The notes under the pieces are model-generated. The model did not search any database, was not told the DNA's origin, and saw nothing but the letters and a program-made list of their open reading frames with translations. The position numbers and the translations under genes are program-made. Shown here piece after piece: positions 56,627-64,000 of a stretch of DNA of 64,000 bases (within the stretch, counting starts at the first letter, position 1; each line of letters starts with the position of its first letter). The DNA comes from an uncultured Clostridia bacterium (lineage in GTDB: Bacteria; Bacillota; Clostridia; Christensenellales; UBA1242). The DNA lies in contig CALWTK010000005.1 of assembly GCA_944384465.1 (NCBI GenBank), positions 87 through 64,086 on the forward strand. The letters are read 5' to 3'.

Positions 56627-56893
56627 ATGAAGGGTAGAGGTTTTGTGACGTTTTTGGCGTATTTGTCAATATGTTTAATTGCTTTGGCACTTATTCTTCA
56701 ATTTATTTTTGACAAAGTGGGGCTCAGTTCTACTGTTATTTCAGCAATGAATACAATAGCACAATTCATAGCATACGCTATCACTGCAGTATTTGCGTTC
56801 TATTTCGCAAAGTCTAGAAGAAATATCGGATTTATGATTGCATATGTGATTGCGGTTATATTGATTGTTGTTTTCTTGTTCTTGACATTCTAG
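56627..56893 (+). CDS. small membrane protein
   Basis: 88 aa from the ATG at 56627 (SD GGAGGG), with three hydrophobic segments. Promoter at 56582-56610. Confidence 0.5.
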   Translation: MKGRGFVTFLAYLSICLIALALILQFIFDKVGLSSTVISAMNTIAQFIAYAITAVFAFYFAKSRRNIGFMIAYVIAVILIVVFLFLTF

Positions 56894-56894
56894 T

Positions 56895-57233
56895 ATGAAA
56901 AACAGGTTTGATTTAAAACTCACCATCTCTATGGTGAGTTTGTTTATAGGTTTGTTGTTGTTGATTTTAGGCAATCAAAATAAATATTGCCTTTCTTTTG
57001 GTGTAATTTTACTCGGCGCCGCTTTGATTTTGTTTTGTATTTATAAAACTAAAGGGCTAACTGAAAATATTATAGAATTGGATTTAGCGATTGAAGAAAC
57101 TGATGATATAAACTTGATGTCCGAAATATACAAAGAAATAGCTAGGCTAAAAAGACAAAAAATGAAAATGCAAATTTCTTTTTACCTATTCGGAGCATTG
57201 GTGATCATACTTGGATTTTGTGCGCTGATTTGA
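56895..57233 (+). CDS. small membrane protein
   Basis: 112 aa with 2-3 TM segments and a central amphipathic helix. The ATG is 1 nt after the preceding stop. Confidence 0.5.
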   Translation: MKNRFDLKLTISMVSLFIGLLLLILGNQNKYCLSFGVILLGAALILFCIYKTKGLTENIIELDLAIEETDDINLMSEIYKEIARLKRQKMKMQISFYLFGALVIILGFCALI

Positions 57234-57262
57234 TTGCAAAATTTAATCTAATGTGCTACAAT
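57234..57262 (+). promoter_or_regulatory. tig promoter
   Basis: TTGCAA (57234-57239), 17 nt, TGc-TACAAT (57257-57262). Confidence 0.6.
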
Positions 57263-57293
57263 ACACGCGTTAAGGGGATTTTAAGGAGTGAAT

Positions 57294-58577
57294 ATGAAAT
57301 ATAATATTGAAAAGAAAACGGATGGCGTTTATGACGTCACAATCAATTTAGATGCCAAGGAATGGAATGAAGCATTGAATTCTGCCTACGAAAAGAACAA
57401 AGGCAAATTCAACATCCCAGGTTTTAGAAAGGGTCATGCCCCAAGAAATATTATTGAGAAGACTTATGGTACGGGTGCTTTTATCAATGAAGCGATAGAT
57501 GAAGTGTATTACAAAGCTTACACTCAAGTTTTGCGTGAGCATGAAGAGATTAGACCGATTGACGCACCTAGACTTGAGATCAAGAAAATTGACGAAAAGG
57601 GCATAGAAATTGTTTTGTCTATACCAGGTGTGCCTAACTTTAATCTTGCTCCATATAAGGGCTTGACTTTCAAAAAACAGGCGGTGAAAATCACAGCTAA
57701 AGATGTGGACGAAGAGATTAAAAAGGAACTCTTGCGAGCATCAAGATTGGTAGAGACGAAAAAACCTGTAAAAGATGGAGATTTTGTGACTCTTGATTTT
57801 GATGGCTATATTGATGACAAACAATTTGACGGTGGCAAGGCTGAAAACTATCAATTGCAAGTGGGGAGCAAAACCTTTATAGACAACTTTGAAGACCAGT
57901 TGATCGGCATGAACATCGGGGACAAAAAAGATGTAATAGTTACTTTCCCTAGTGAATATCATGAAAAGAGTTTGGCAGGAAAACCTGCGACTTTCAAGGT
58001 CGAAATCAAAAATATTCGTGAACGTGTAATGCCAGAATTGAACGAAGAATTCGTAAAAAATAGTACAGAGTTCGAGACGGTCGAAGCGTATAAAAAAGAT
58101 GTGAAAGCAAAACTGACAAAGCAAGCAAACGATAGGGCAGAATTGGAACTTGAAAACGACATTTTGGATAAAGTCATAGATGATACAGAGCTCGTTCCAC
58201 CTGCAGTGATGGTAGAGCAAGAATTCAATCGTCAGTTGAACGGTATGGAAATGCAGATGAAATATCAGGGCATCACTATTGACGATTATGCAAAGTACAT
58301 TGGTAAAACCACTGATGAATTCAAAGAAGAGATCAAGAAGAATTGTGCTAGAAATGTCAAAGGTAGATTAGTGCTTGAAAAACTGCTTAGAGATGAACAT
58401 CTTGACGTCATTGAAAAGGATATCGACAATAAAATCGAAGAAATGGCAAAAAATTCTGGTAAGACCAAGGAAGAATTCTCTAAACAAGTTAATAATGATA
58501 TGATAAACAACATTGCCAATGAAATTTTGATGAAAAAATTAGTTGAGTTTTTACGAGAAAACAATACAATTGAATAA
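57294..58577 (+). CDS. tig: trigger factor
   Basis: 427 aa from the ATG at 57294 (SD AAGGAG). Ribosome-binding 'IPGFRKGHAP' and a central FKBP-type PPIase region. Confidence 0.93.
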   Translation: MKYNIEKKTDGVYDVTINLDAKEWNEALNSAYEKNKGKFNIPGFRKGHAPRNIIEKTYGTGAFINEAIDEVYYKAYTQVLREHEEIRPIDAPRLEIKKIDEKGIEIVLSIPGVPNFNLAPYKGLTFKKQAVKITAKDVDEEIKKELLRASRLVETKKPVKDGDFVTLDFDGYIDDKQFDGGKAENYQLQVGSKTFIDNFEDQLIGMNIGDKKDVIVTFPSEYHEKSLAGKPATFKVEIKNIRERVMPELNEEFVKNSTEFETVEAYKKDVKAKLTKQANDRAELELENDILDKVIDDTELVPPAVMVEQEFNRQLNGMEMQMKYQGITIDDYAKYIGKTTDEFKEEIKKNCARNVKGRLVLEKLLRDEHLDVIEKDIDNKIEEMAKNSGKTKEEFSKQVNNDMINNIANEILMKKLVEFLRENNTIE

Positions 58578-58595
58578 TTATAAGGAGATGATATT

Positions 58596-59177
58596 ATGAT
58601 ACCTATGGTAATTGATCAAGTCGGAAATGTCGAAAGGAGTTATGACATTTATTCTAGACTTTTGGAAGATAGAATTGTTTTCCTATCTGGAGAGATTGAT
58701 GACCAAATGGCAAATACAGTTGTAGCTCAACTGATTTACCTTGAAGGTAAAAATCCAGATAAGGACATATTTATGTATATCAACAGTCCGGGCGGTAGCG
58801 TTACTGCAGGTATGGCAATATACGACACTATGCAATATGTCAAATGTGATGTGTCCACTATCTGTATTGGTATGGCTGCCAGCATGGCTGCTGTGATATT
58901 ATCTAGTGGCGCTAAGGGCAAGAGAATATGCCTACCACATAGTGAAGTCATGATCCACCAGCCTTTAGGTGGCACGCAAGGGCAGGCTAGCGATATTGAG
59001 ATACATGCTAAACATATGCAAAAGACGAGAGAAACTCTCAATAGAATTTTAGCTGACAATACTGGCAAAGACATCAACACAATCATAAAAGATACAGACA
59101 GAGATAATTTCTTGGACGCTAAACAGGCACTAAAGTACGGACTTATTGATAAAATTTATGACAAGAGAAAAAATTAA
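58596..59177 (+). CDS. clpP: ATP-dependent Clp protease proteolytic subunit
   Basis: 193 aa with '[17 protein letters not shown]', active-site 'GMAASMAA' and 'MIHQPLGG'. Confidence 0.97.
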   Translation: MIPMVIDQVGNVERSYDIYSRLLEDRIVFLSGEIDDQMANTVVAQLIYLEGKNPDKDIFMYINSPGGSVTAGMAIYDTMQYVKCDVSTICIGMAASMAAVILSSGAKGKRICLPHSEVMIHQPLGGTQGQASDIEIHAKHMQKTRETLNRILADNTGKDINTIIKDTDRDNFLDAKQALKYGLIDKIYDKRKN

Positions 59178-59238
59178 TGAATAATTAATTTTCTATTCTA
59201 CAAATTATATTATAGACGTTTTGTCTTTGAAGGAGCAT

Positions 59239-60513
59239 ATGAAAGAGATCGAAACCATTTGTTCATTTTGCGGTCGTCCCGCAAGAGAATTGACAGACAT
59301 TATCAGCAATCCAGAAGGAGACTGCTTCATTTGCAAGGATTGCTTGAATATTTGTCGTGATTTGATGGACTTTAATACACGAACAAAAGAAAGTGAGAAA
59401 AATGAATTTATCGACCTTATCAAACCGCAAGAAATCAAACGTAAATTGGATGAATTCATTATCGGTCAAGATGAAGTGAAGAAGATCCTTGCCGTATCTG
59501 TATACAATCACTACAAGAGAATTAACTATAACTTAATAAAAAAGGAAAATTCGCAAGACGAAGTGGAACTAGAGAAGTCAAACGTGTTGTTGGTTGGTCC
59601 TACAGGTAGCGGGAAGACTTTGCTCGCGAAGACTTTGGCAAAGACGCTGAAAGTGCCTTTCGCGTCTAGTGACGCTACAGCATTAACTGAAGCGGGATAT
59701 GTGGGCGATGATGTAGAAAATATTTTGCTAAAATTAATTCAAAATGCGGACTATGATATAGAGAAAGCACAGCGTGGGATTATCTATATTGATGAAATAG
59801 ACAAGATTGCTAGAAAGACTCAAAACGTCTCCATCACACGTGATGTGAGCGGAGAAGGAGTACAACAGGCATTGCTAAAAATTTTGGAAGGTACGATTGC
59901 GTCCGTTCCACCGCAGGGTGGAAGAAAGCATCCACAACAGGAAAATATCAAAATAGACACCACGAACATTTTATTCATATGTGGGGGAGCATTTGTAGGG
60001 CTAGACAAGATCATCAGCGAGAGAAAGGGAGCGTCATCTCTAGGCTTCGGCGCAGAAGTGAAGCAGACTATTGACGCTGAGCCTATCAACAAATTTGAAG
60101 ATATACAACCGCAAGATTTGATTAAATATGGTATGATACCAGAGTTTGTAGGTAGACTTCCAATCGTTGCGACTCTTGATAGTCTAGACGAAAAGGCGTT
60201 TGAGCGAATTTTGGTAGAGCCCAAAAATGCTATAACTAAGCAGTATGTCCAAATGTTTAAGATGGATGGAATAGATCTAAATTTCGAGCCGGATGCGATC
60301 CAAGCGGTAGCTAAAAAAGCGATTGAGTTGAAGACGGGAGCAAGGGGATTGAGAACAATCTTAGAAGAACGCATGCTTGATGTTATGTATAGTTGCCATT
60401 TCGAAGACGACATAAAGAAGATAACTATCACGGCAGATTTCATCAACAAAAAAGCAAAGCCCAAGGTTATAAAATTGAAACAGCAACCTAAAGAGAAAAA
60501 GCAAACAGCTTAA
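59239..60513 (+). CDS. clpX: ATP-dependent Clp protease ATP-binding subunit ClpX
   Basis: About 424 aa from the ATG at 59239. C4 zinc finger 'CSFCG...CFICKDC' and Walker A 'GPTGSGKT'. The track's TTG start at 59221 has no SD. Confidence 0.96.
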   Translation: MKEIETICSFCGRPARELTDIISNPEGDCFICKDCLNICRDLMDFNTRTKESEKNEFIDLIKPQEIKRKLDEFIIGQDEVKKILAVSVYNHYKRINYNLIKKENSQDEVELEKSNVLLVGPTGSGKTLLAKTLAKTLKVPFASSDATALTEAGYVGDDVENILLKLIQNADYDIEKAQRGIIYIDEIDKIARKTQNVSITRDVSGEGVQQALLKILEGTIASVPPQGGRKHPQQENIKIDTTNILFICGGAFVGLDKIISERKGASSLGFGAEVKQTIDAEPINKFEDIQPQDLIKYGMIPEFVGRLPIVATLDSLDEKAFERILVEPKNAITKQYVQMFKMDGIDLNFEPDAIQAVAKKAIELKTGARGLRTILEERMLDVMYSCHFEDDIKKITITADFINKKAKPKVIKLKQQPKEKKQTA

Positions 60514-60522
60514 GTCGATTTG

Positions 60523-60556
60523 AACACAAATTCATTGCAATTTGTGTTTTTTATTT
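60523..60556 (+). terminator. clpX terminator
   Basis: AACACAAATT-CATTGC-AATTTGTGTT followed by TTTTTATTTT. Confidence 0.85.
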
Positions 60557-60589
60557 TAAGAATTTAAGAAACAGCGTGAAACTATATAT

Positions 60590-60618
60590 TTGATTTATTT
60601 TTTATTATTTTGTATAAT
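60590..60618 (+). promoter_or_regulatory. promoter of the Smr gene (leaderless configuration)
   Basis: TTGATT (60590-60595), 17 nt, TATAAT (60613-60618), then 6 nt, then ATG at 60625. No SD. Confidence 0.6.
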
Positions 60619-60624
60619 TATATT

Positions 60625-60966
60625 ATGAAATTGATCACTATTGATATAAAGAGTAATAGGCAGACGGTGGCAGAAGCGATCGCTCAATTTTTGGTGGAAA
60701 TTGATAGTTACAAGCGGGGCGGTTTTAAAGTAATGAAAGTGATCCACGGATATGGCAGTCATGGCGTAGGTGGGGCGATTAAAGATGCTTTCTTGAAAAA
60801 ATGCAAGGATCTAAAGAATGCGAAGAAGATAGAAGATTTTGTCTGTTGCGACAAATGGACTCCAAATAATACAGTTAGAAAGATCGCTATCAACTATTGC
60901 CCAGATTTGATTGCAGATAGAGAACTCTATCTATTAAATCCAGGTTGTAGCATCGTGATAATGTAA
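60625..60966 (+). CDS. Smr-domain protein
   Basis: 113 aa from the ATG at 60625. 'VAEAIAQFLVEIDSYKRGGFKVMKVIHGYGSHGVGGAIKDAFLKK' fits the Smr pattern (..A...L..FL......G...V.IIHGKG.G.L...V). No SD; the ATG sits at the predicted +1 of promoter 60590-60618. Confidence 0.55.
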   Translation: MKLITIDIKSNRQTVAEAIAQFLVEIDSYKRGGFKVMKVIHGYGSHGVGGAIKDAFLKKCKDLKNAKKIEDFVCCDKWTPNNTVRKIAINYCPDLIADRELYLLNPGCSIVIM

Positions 60967-61045
60967 AGTTTTATATGTAATTTAATAAACTTTATTGTAA
61001 CTTATTCAATCTATTAAACTATTCAAAATGTACAATTATTAAAAT

Positions 61046-61074
61046 TTGACAAAGTACTATTATATTGTTATAAT
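61046..61074 (+). promoter_or_regulatory. perfect-consensus promoter of the HExxH gene (leaderless configuration)
   Basis: TTGACA (61046-61051), 17 nt, TGt-TATAAT (61069-61074), then 7 nt, then ATG at 61082. No SD. Confidence 0.7.
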
Positions 61075-61081
61075 AAATATT

Positions 61082-62086
61082 ATGGATATAAAATTTTGTA
61101 TAGATAAACGAACAGAAGTGATGGAGATTCTACTCGTTATAAGTGATTATTTTAAAAAAACACCTAGATTAAATGTAGATTTTGACTTTGAATATAAACG
61201 CGAAGTGGAAGAATTTTTCGCGCCAGTAAAAACGCATAATGCGGTAAAACTATTAAACGAAATAGTAGACAAATTGAATTTTAATTATGATGCACCGATT
61301 GATCTCGCCTTGCAGTTAGATGAAGATTTTTCGTATGCAAAATTATTGGATTATCCTTTTAAATCGAGACTTAGGAGTGAGAAAATTATACTAGAATTTT
61401 TGGATTCAATTCCTGATTTTGTAGAAAAATCTAAATTCAATGAATTTTATTTTGCACACGAAATAATATATTCAAAATGGATAGAAGATACAAAGAAAAA
61501 CATTGACCCAGAATACATAATAAAATTTTTAACCGAATTTTTTAAAGAAGATTTTAATCGTGAGTATGTAATTAATCTTATGCCACTACAAATAAGAGCA
61601 AATTATGGAGTAAATAATGAAAATGTTTCTATTTGTAACTTAGGATTGAAATCAAAATTGGTAGAAGGAAAGAGAGAAATAGAATTTGCTTCAAAAGATG
61701 ATAGAGGTGGGCTGGTTCAACACGAATTTTCACATCCTATTATAAATCCTTTGACCGATAAATATTTTGACGAGATGAGGGTGTTAGAACTTCCTAATGA
61801 GATTCGTGAAAAAATGCGAAAAAAGGCATATGGTAGTGACAAAACTTATATAAACGAGCAAATTATTCGCTGTATGACGATTTTGTATTACAATAAACTT
61901 GTTGGCGAAGAATGTGAAGAATCACGTATCCAACAAGAAGAAGGTCTAGGTTTTATTCATACTCGCATAGTTTTAGATGCGCTTAAAGAATATGAAAAAC
62001 AAGATTTGCCACTATCTGCATACTTTCCACGAATACTAGAAACCTTTTATAAGCCACTTGAAGTCGAAAATAATAGCGGAATATAA
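61082..62086 (+). CDS. hypothetical protein with HExxH motif (putative Zn-metallopeptidase-like)
   Basis: 334 aa from the ATG at 61082, with 'VQHEFSHPI'. It may belong to a DUF4932-type family (unverified recollection). The track start at 61046 is the TTG of the -35 box. Confidence 0.55.
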   Translation: MDIKFCIDKRTEVMEILLVISDYFKKTPRLNVDFDFEYKREVEEFFAPVKTHNAVKLLNEIVDKLNFNYDAPIDLALQLDEDFSYAKLLDYPFKSRLRSEKIILEFLDSIPDFVEKSKFNEFYFAHEIIYSKWIEDTKKNIDPEYIIKFLTEFFKEDFNREYVINLMPLQIRANYGVNNENVSICNLGLKSKLVEGKREIEFASKDDRGGLVQHEFSHPIINPLTDKYFDEMRVLELPNEIREKMRKKAYGSDKTYINEQIIRCMTILYYNKLVGEECEESRIQQEEGLGFIHTRIVLDALKEYEKQDLPLSAYFPRILETFYKPLEVENNSGI

Positions 62087-62273
62087 TAAATATTTTTTAT
62101 AAGTTAAGTGCCTTAAAATAGAACATTTTCGTATATTAAATAACAAATACAATATTACAGAATTAAATTAATGGTCAGTTAAACTATTAAAATTACATAT
62201 TTTTAAAAATTACACCTAAATCTATTTTATTTTTCTTGGCTTTTGTGCAATAATATTATTAACAGGGGTTATT

Positions 62274-63503
62274 ATGAGCAGAAATTCTAGCGAATTTAAA
62301 CACAAGGCAAACGGTTCGCATGTTGGAACGTTTTTCTTTGGTACGCTGATTGGTATATTGGTGGGTATTGCTATGTTGGCTGGAGTTGTCGCCTTTGCGT
62401 ACTACAAAGTTTCACCTAATTGGCTAAATAACAATTTCAAAACTGAGATAGATTTGGGTAATGATGATCTCAACAATTTGACTCTCAGCGAATTTGTCAA
62501 TCATGCAGTCAATTTAGGGCAAAATATTGACACATATACGCTGAATGATTTGAAGAAGGACTTTGGGGTAGATATAGGCAACGAGTTTATGGGAATCAAT
62601 ATAACTGATTTGTATGATGTCCCTTTGCCAAACTTAGTGAACAGCATTAAGGATAAAATCTCCAATATCAGTGCAGATGAATTGAAAGAGATAATCAATC
62701 TCGACAATATGAACAATATGTTGGATAAATATAAGACATATTATGTAGATACTCAAAATTCAGTTTTGTATGAAGATGAGAGTCTATCAGTACAAGTGGA
62801 TTTCATATATTCAATCAACAATGGCTACGTTGTCATAAACAATAGAGAATTCGCTATCAATCAAAATAGGGTAGGCATTCAGCTAAAATATCTGCCTTTA
62901 GCGGAAGCGATTTCAAGCCTTACATCCAATCTAGGTGAAAATATTACATTGGGAGAATTGGAGCAAGATTATGGAGTCGTTTTGCCAGCTTGCTTTGATA
63001 ATATCAATAGAAACACTACTATTAATGAATTGGGCCAAGCGATTGACAACATGTATATAGCAGACTTGTTAGGCTTTGAGTATGATATAAGTCAGGACAA
63101 AGTATACAACAGTCAGAGGGAGGAGATTACAGGCATATTGCGTGCTGTCTCACGTTTGACTGTGGGTACTGCAAAAGATGCGGTAAATGATTTTACTGTA
63201 TCAGATATGTTCACGAGTTCGGAATTGGAGAGTGGAGTCTTGTCTTTGATAGAATCAGACACAACCATATCTCAATTGAGTGACGCATTATCTACTGCTC
63301 TCCAAAATGCGACAATTGATAAACTTATCTTAAAGGGAGTTGTCGCTGCACCTAGCAATTATGATGATATAAAAGATAAATATATTAATATAGATGGTGA
63401 ATATGTGCAGGTGAGTAGTTTGGTGCTAAATGATTTGATTGACGTTACATTTGAGTTGTTAGCCGATAGCGGGCTTTTAGTTGACCAAATCCCAACCACA
63501 TAA
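62274..63503 (+). CDS. membrane-anchored hypothetical protein
   Basis: 409 aa with an N-terminal TM 'FFFGTLIGILVGIAMLAGVVAFAYY'. The rest is predicted to be extracytoplasmic. A terminator follows at 63523-63551. Confidence 0.62.
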   Translation: MSRNSSEFKHKANGSHVGTFFFGTLIGILVGIAMLAGVVAFAYYKVSPNWLNNNFKTEIDLGNDDLNNLTLSEFVNHAVNLGQNIDTYTLNDLKKDFGVDIGNEFMGINITDLYDVPLPNLVNSIKDKISNISADELKEIINLDNMNNMLDKYKTYYVDTQNSVLYEDESLSVQVDFIYSINNGYVVINNREFAINQNRVGIQLKYLPLAEAISSLTSNLGENITLGELEQDYGVVLPACFDNINRNTTINELGQAIDNMYIADLLGFEYDISQDKVYNSQREEITGILRAVSRLTVGTAKDAVNDFTVSDMFTSSELESGVLSLIESDTTISQLSDALSTALQNATIDKLILKGVVAAPSNYDDIKDKYINIDGEYVQVSSLVLNDLIDVTFELLADSGLLVDQIPTT

Positions 63504-63522
63504 TTTATCATATTCGATTAGA

Positions 63523-63551
63523 GCAGATCATTATAAATGGTTTGCTTTTTT
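63523..63551 (+). terminator. Rho-independent terminator
   Basis: A 10-bp stem (including two G.U pairs), GCAGATCATT-ATA-AATGGTTTGC, followed by T6. Confidence 0.7.
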
Positions 63552-63932
63552 GTCGACTTAAATGAATTCGTTCCATAATTGAAGAGACAAAATACAGACA
63601 TTTAGAACTTTTCATGAGTGAAAGACATTAGGAATGGGCAAGATTTGATTTTTTACAATGTATGATCGACACATTTTTGACCGCGGGAAAAGTGTTTTAC
63701 ATGGAATTTGGCAATCACAAAGGCAAAATTTTGTTCATTATCAAAAAAAATTCAAAAGTTTTTATATAAAATTTTCTTTAACCTTAAGGTTATTAAGATG
63801 ACTTTTGAGTTATGAAATGCTTGTTTTTACCTTATTTATAGGGCATTTTGGGGTGTTTCACAGGGATTTGAGACGAGAAAAAAGTTTTTCAAAAAAAATT
63901 TTAAAATTTTTAAAAAAAATTATAAAAAAGTG

Positions 63933-63961
63933 TTGACAAAGTTTTTTAGATGTGGTATCTT
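63933..63961 (+). promoter_or_regulatory. promoter reading out of the right window edge, with A/T-rich UP-like region
   Basis: TTGACA (63933-63938), 17 nt, TGg-TATCTT (63956-63961), preceded by about 60 nt of A/T tracts (63880-63930). Confidence 0.45.
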
Positions 63962-64000
63962 AATCATGCATTCAGCATGAAGCGGATGCCGAACGTTAAG

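Noticed and set aside
61046-61081. N-terminal extensions proposed by the ORF track: 61046, 60610, 17734, 31833, 35371, 41816, 36931, 59221, 56615 and 57288.
   Set aside because: The extensions start at TTG or GTG codons, or at an ATG without an SD (56615). They lie inside promoter hexamers, a T-box terminator or SD sequences, and they add residues not homologous to the family N-termini. Internal ATG starts fit better, either with a proper SD or with a leaderless layout.
63779-63792. Perfect 14-bp palindrome TAACCTTAAGGTTA.
   Set aside because: Roughly ten or more ungapped 14-bp palindromes are expected by chance in 64 kb at this base composition. This one has no positional link to a promoter or gene start.

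Overview
This is a low-GC chromosomal segment from a Firmicutes-type bacterium using the standard genetic code (TGA is a stop, e.g. groES). Most of it is core housekeeping: MBL-fold hydrolase, hflX, Nudix, rpoB-rpoC, uvrB, pepF, uvrA, groES-groEL, valS with a T-box leader, rsmA, sepF, lspA-rluD and tig-clpP-clpX. There are also envelope and sporulation-flavoured genes: a SpoVB-like flippase, a DUF4363/DUF421 pair, LysM and SPOR-like proteins, and a tiny Cys-rich TM peptide. I found no rRNA or tRNA genes, CRISPR arrays, transposases, integrases or recognisable defence genes. I cannot point to a complete, clearly novel multi-gene system. The non-core content is three very large envelope-anchored proteins (1270, about 1029 and 3526 aa, together about 27% of the window) plus several small orphan cassettes. 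The observations most worth follow-up are listed here. (1) A 3526-aa orphan giant protein transcribed as its own unit. (2) A perfect consensus promoter at 42091-42119 that drives about 430 nt with no ORF and ends at a hairpin. (3) A self-contained HicB-like + 175-aa bicistron. (4) A long MerR-family protein behind a 19-bp-spacer promoter containing a dyad. (5) Several genes whose ATG lies exactly at the predicted +1 of a strong promoter, suggesting leaderless mRNAs. (6) A promoter, SD and 9-codon uORF upstream of hflX. (7) An 86-bp duplication of a gene's 3' end at the left window edge. (8) A 14-Cys, 68-aa double-TM peptide followed by a hairpin-rich 3' region. All functional calls come from motif recognition by eye; no database search was run.
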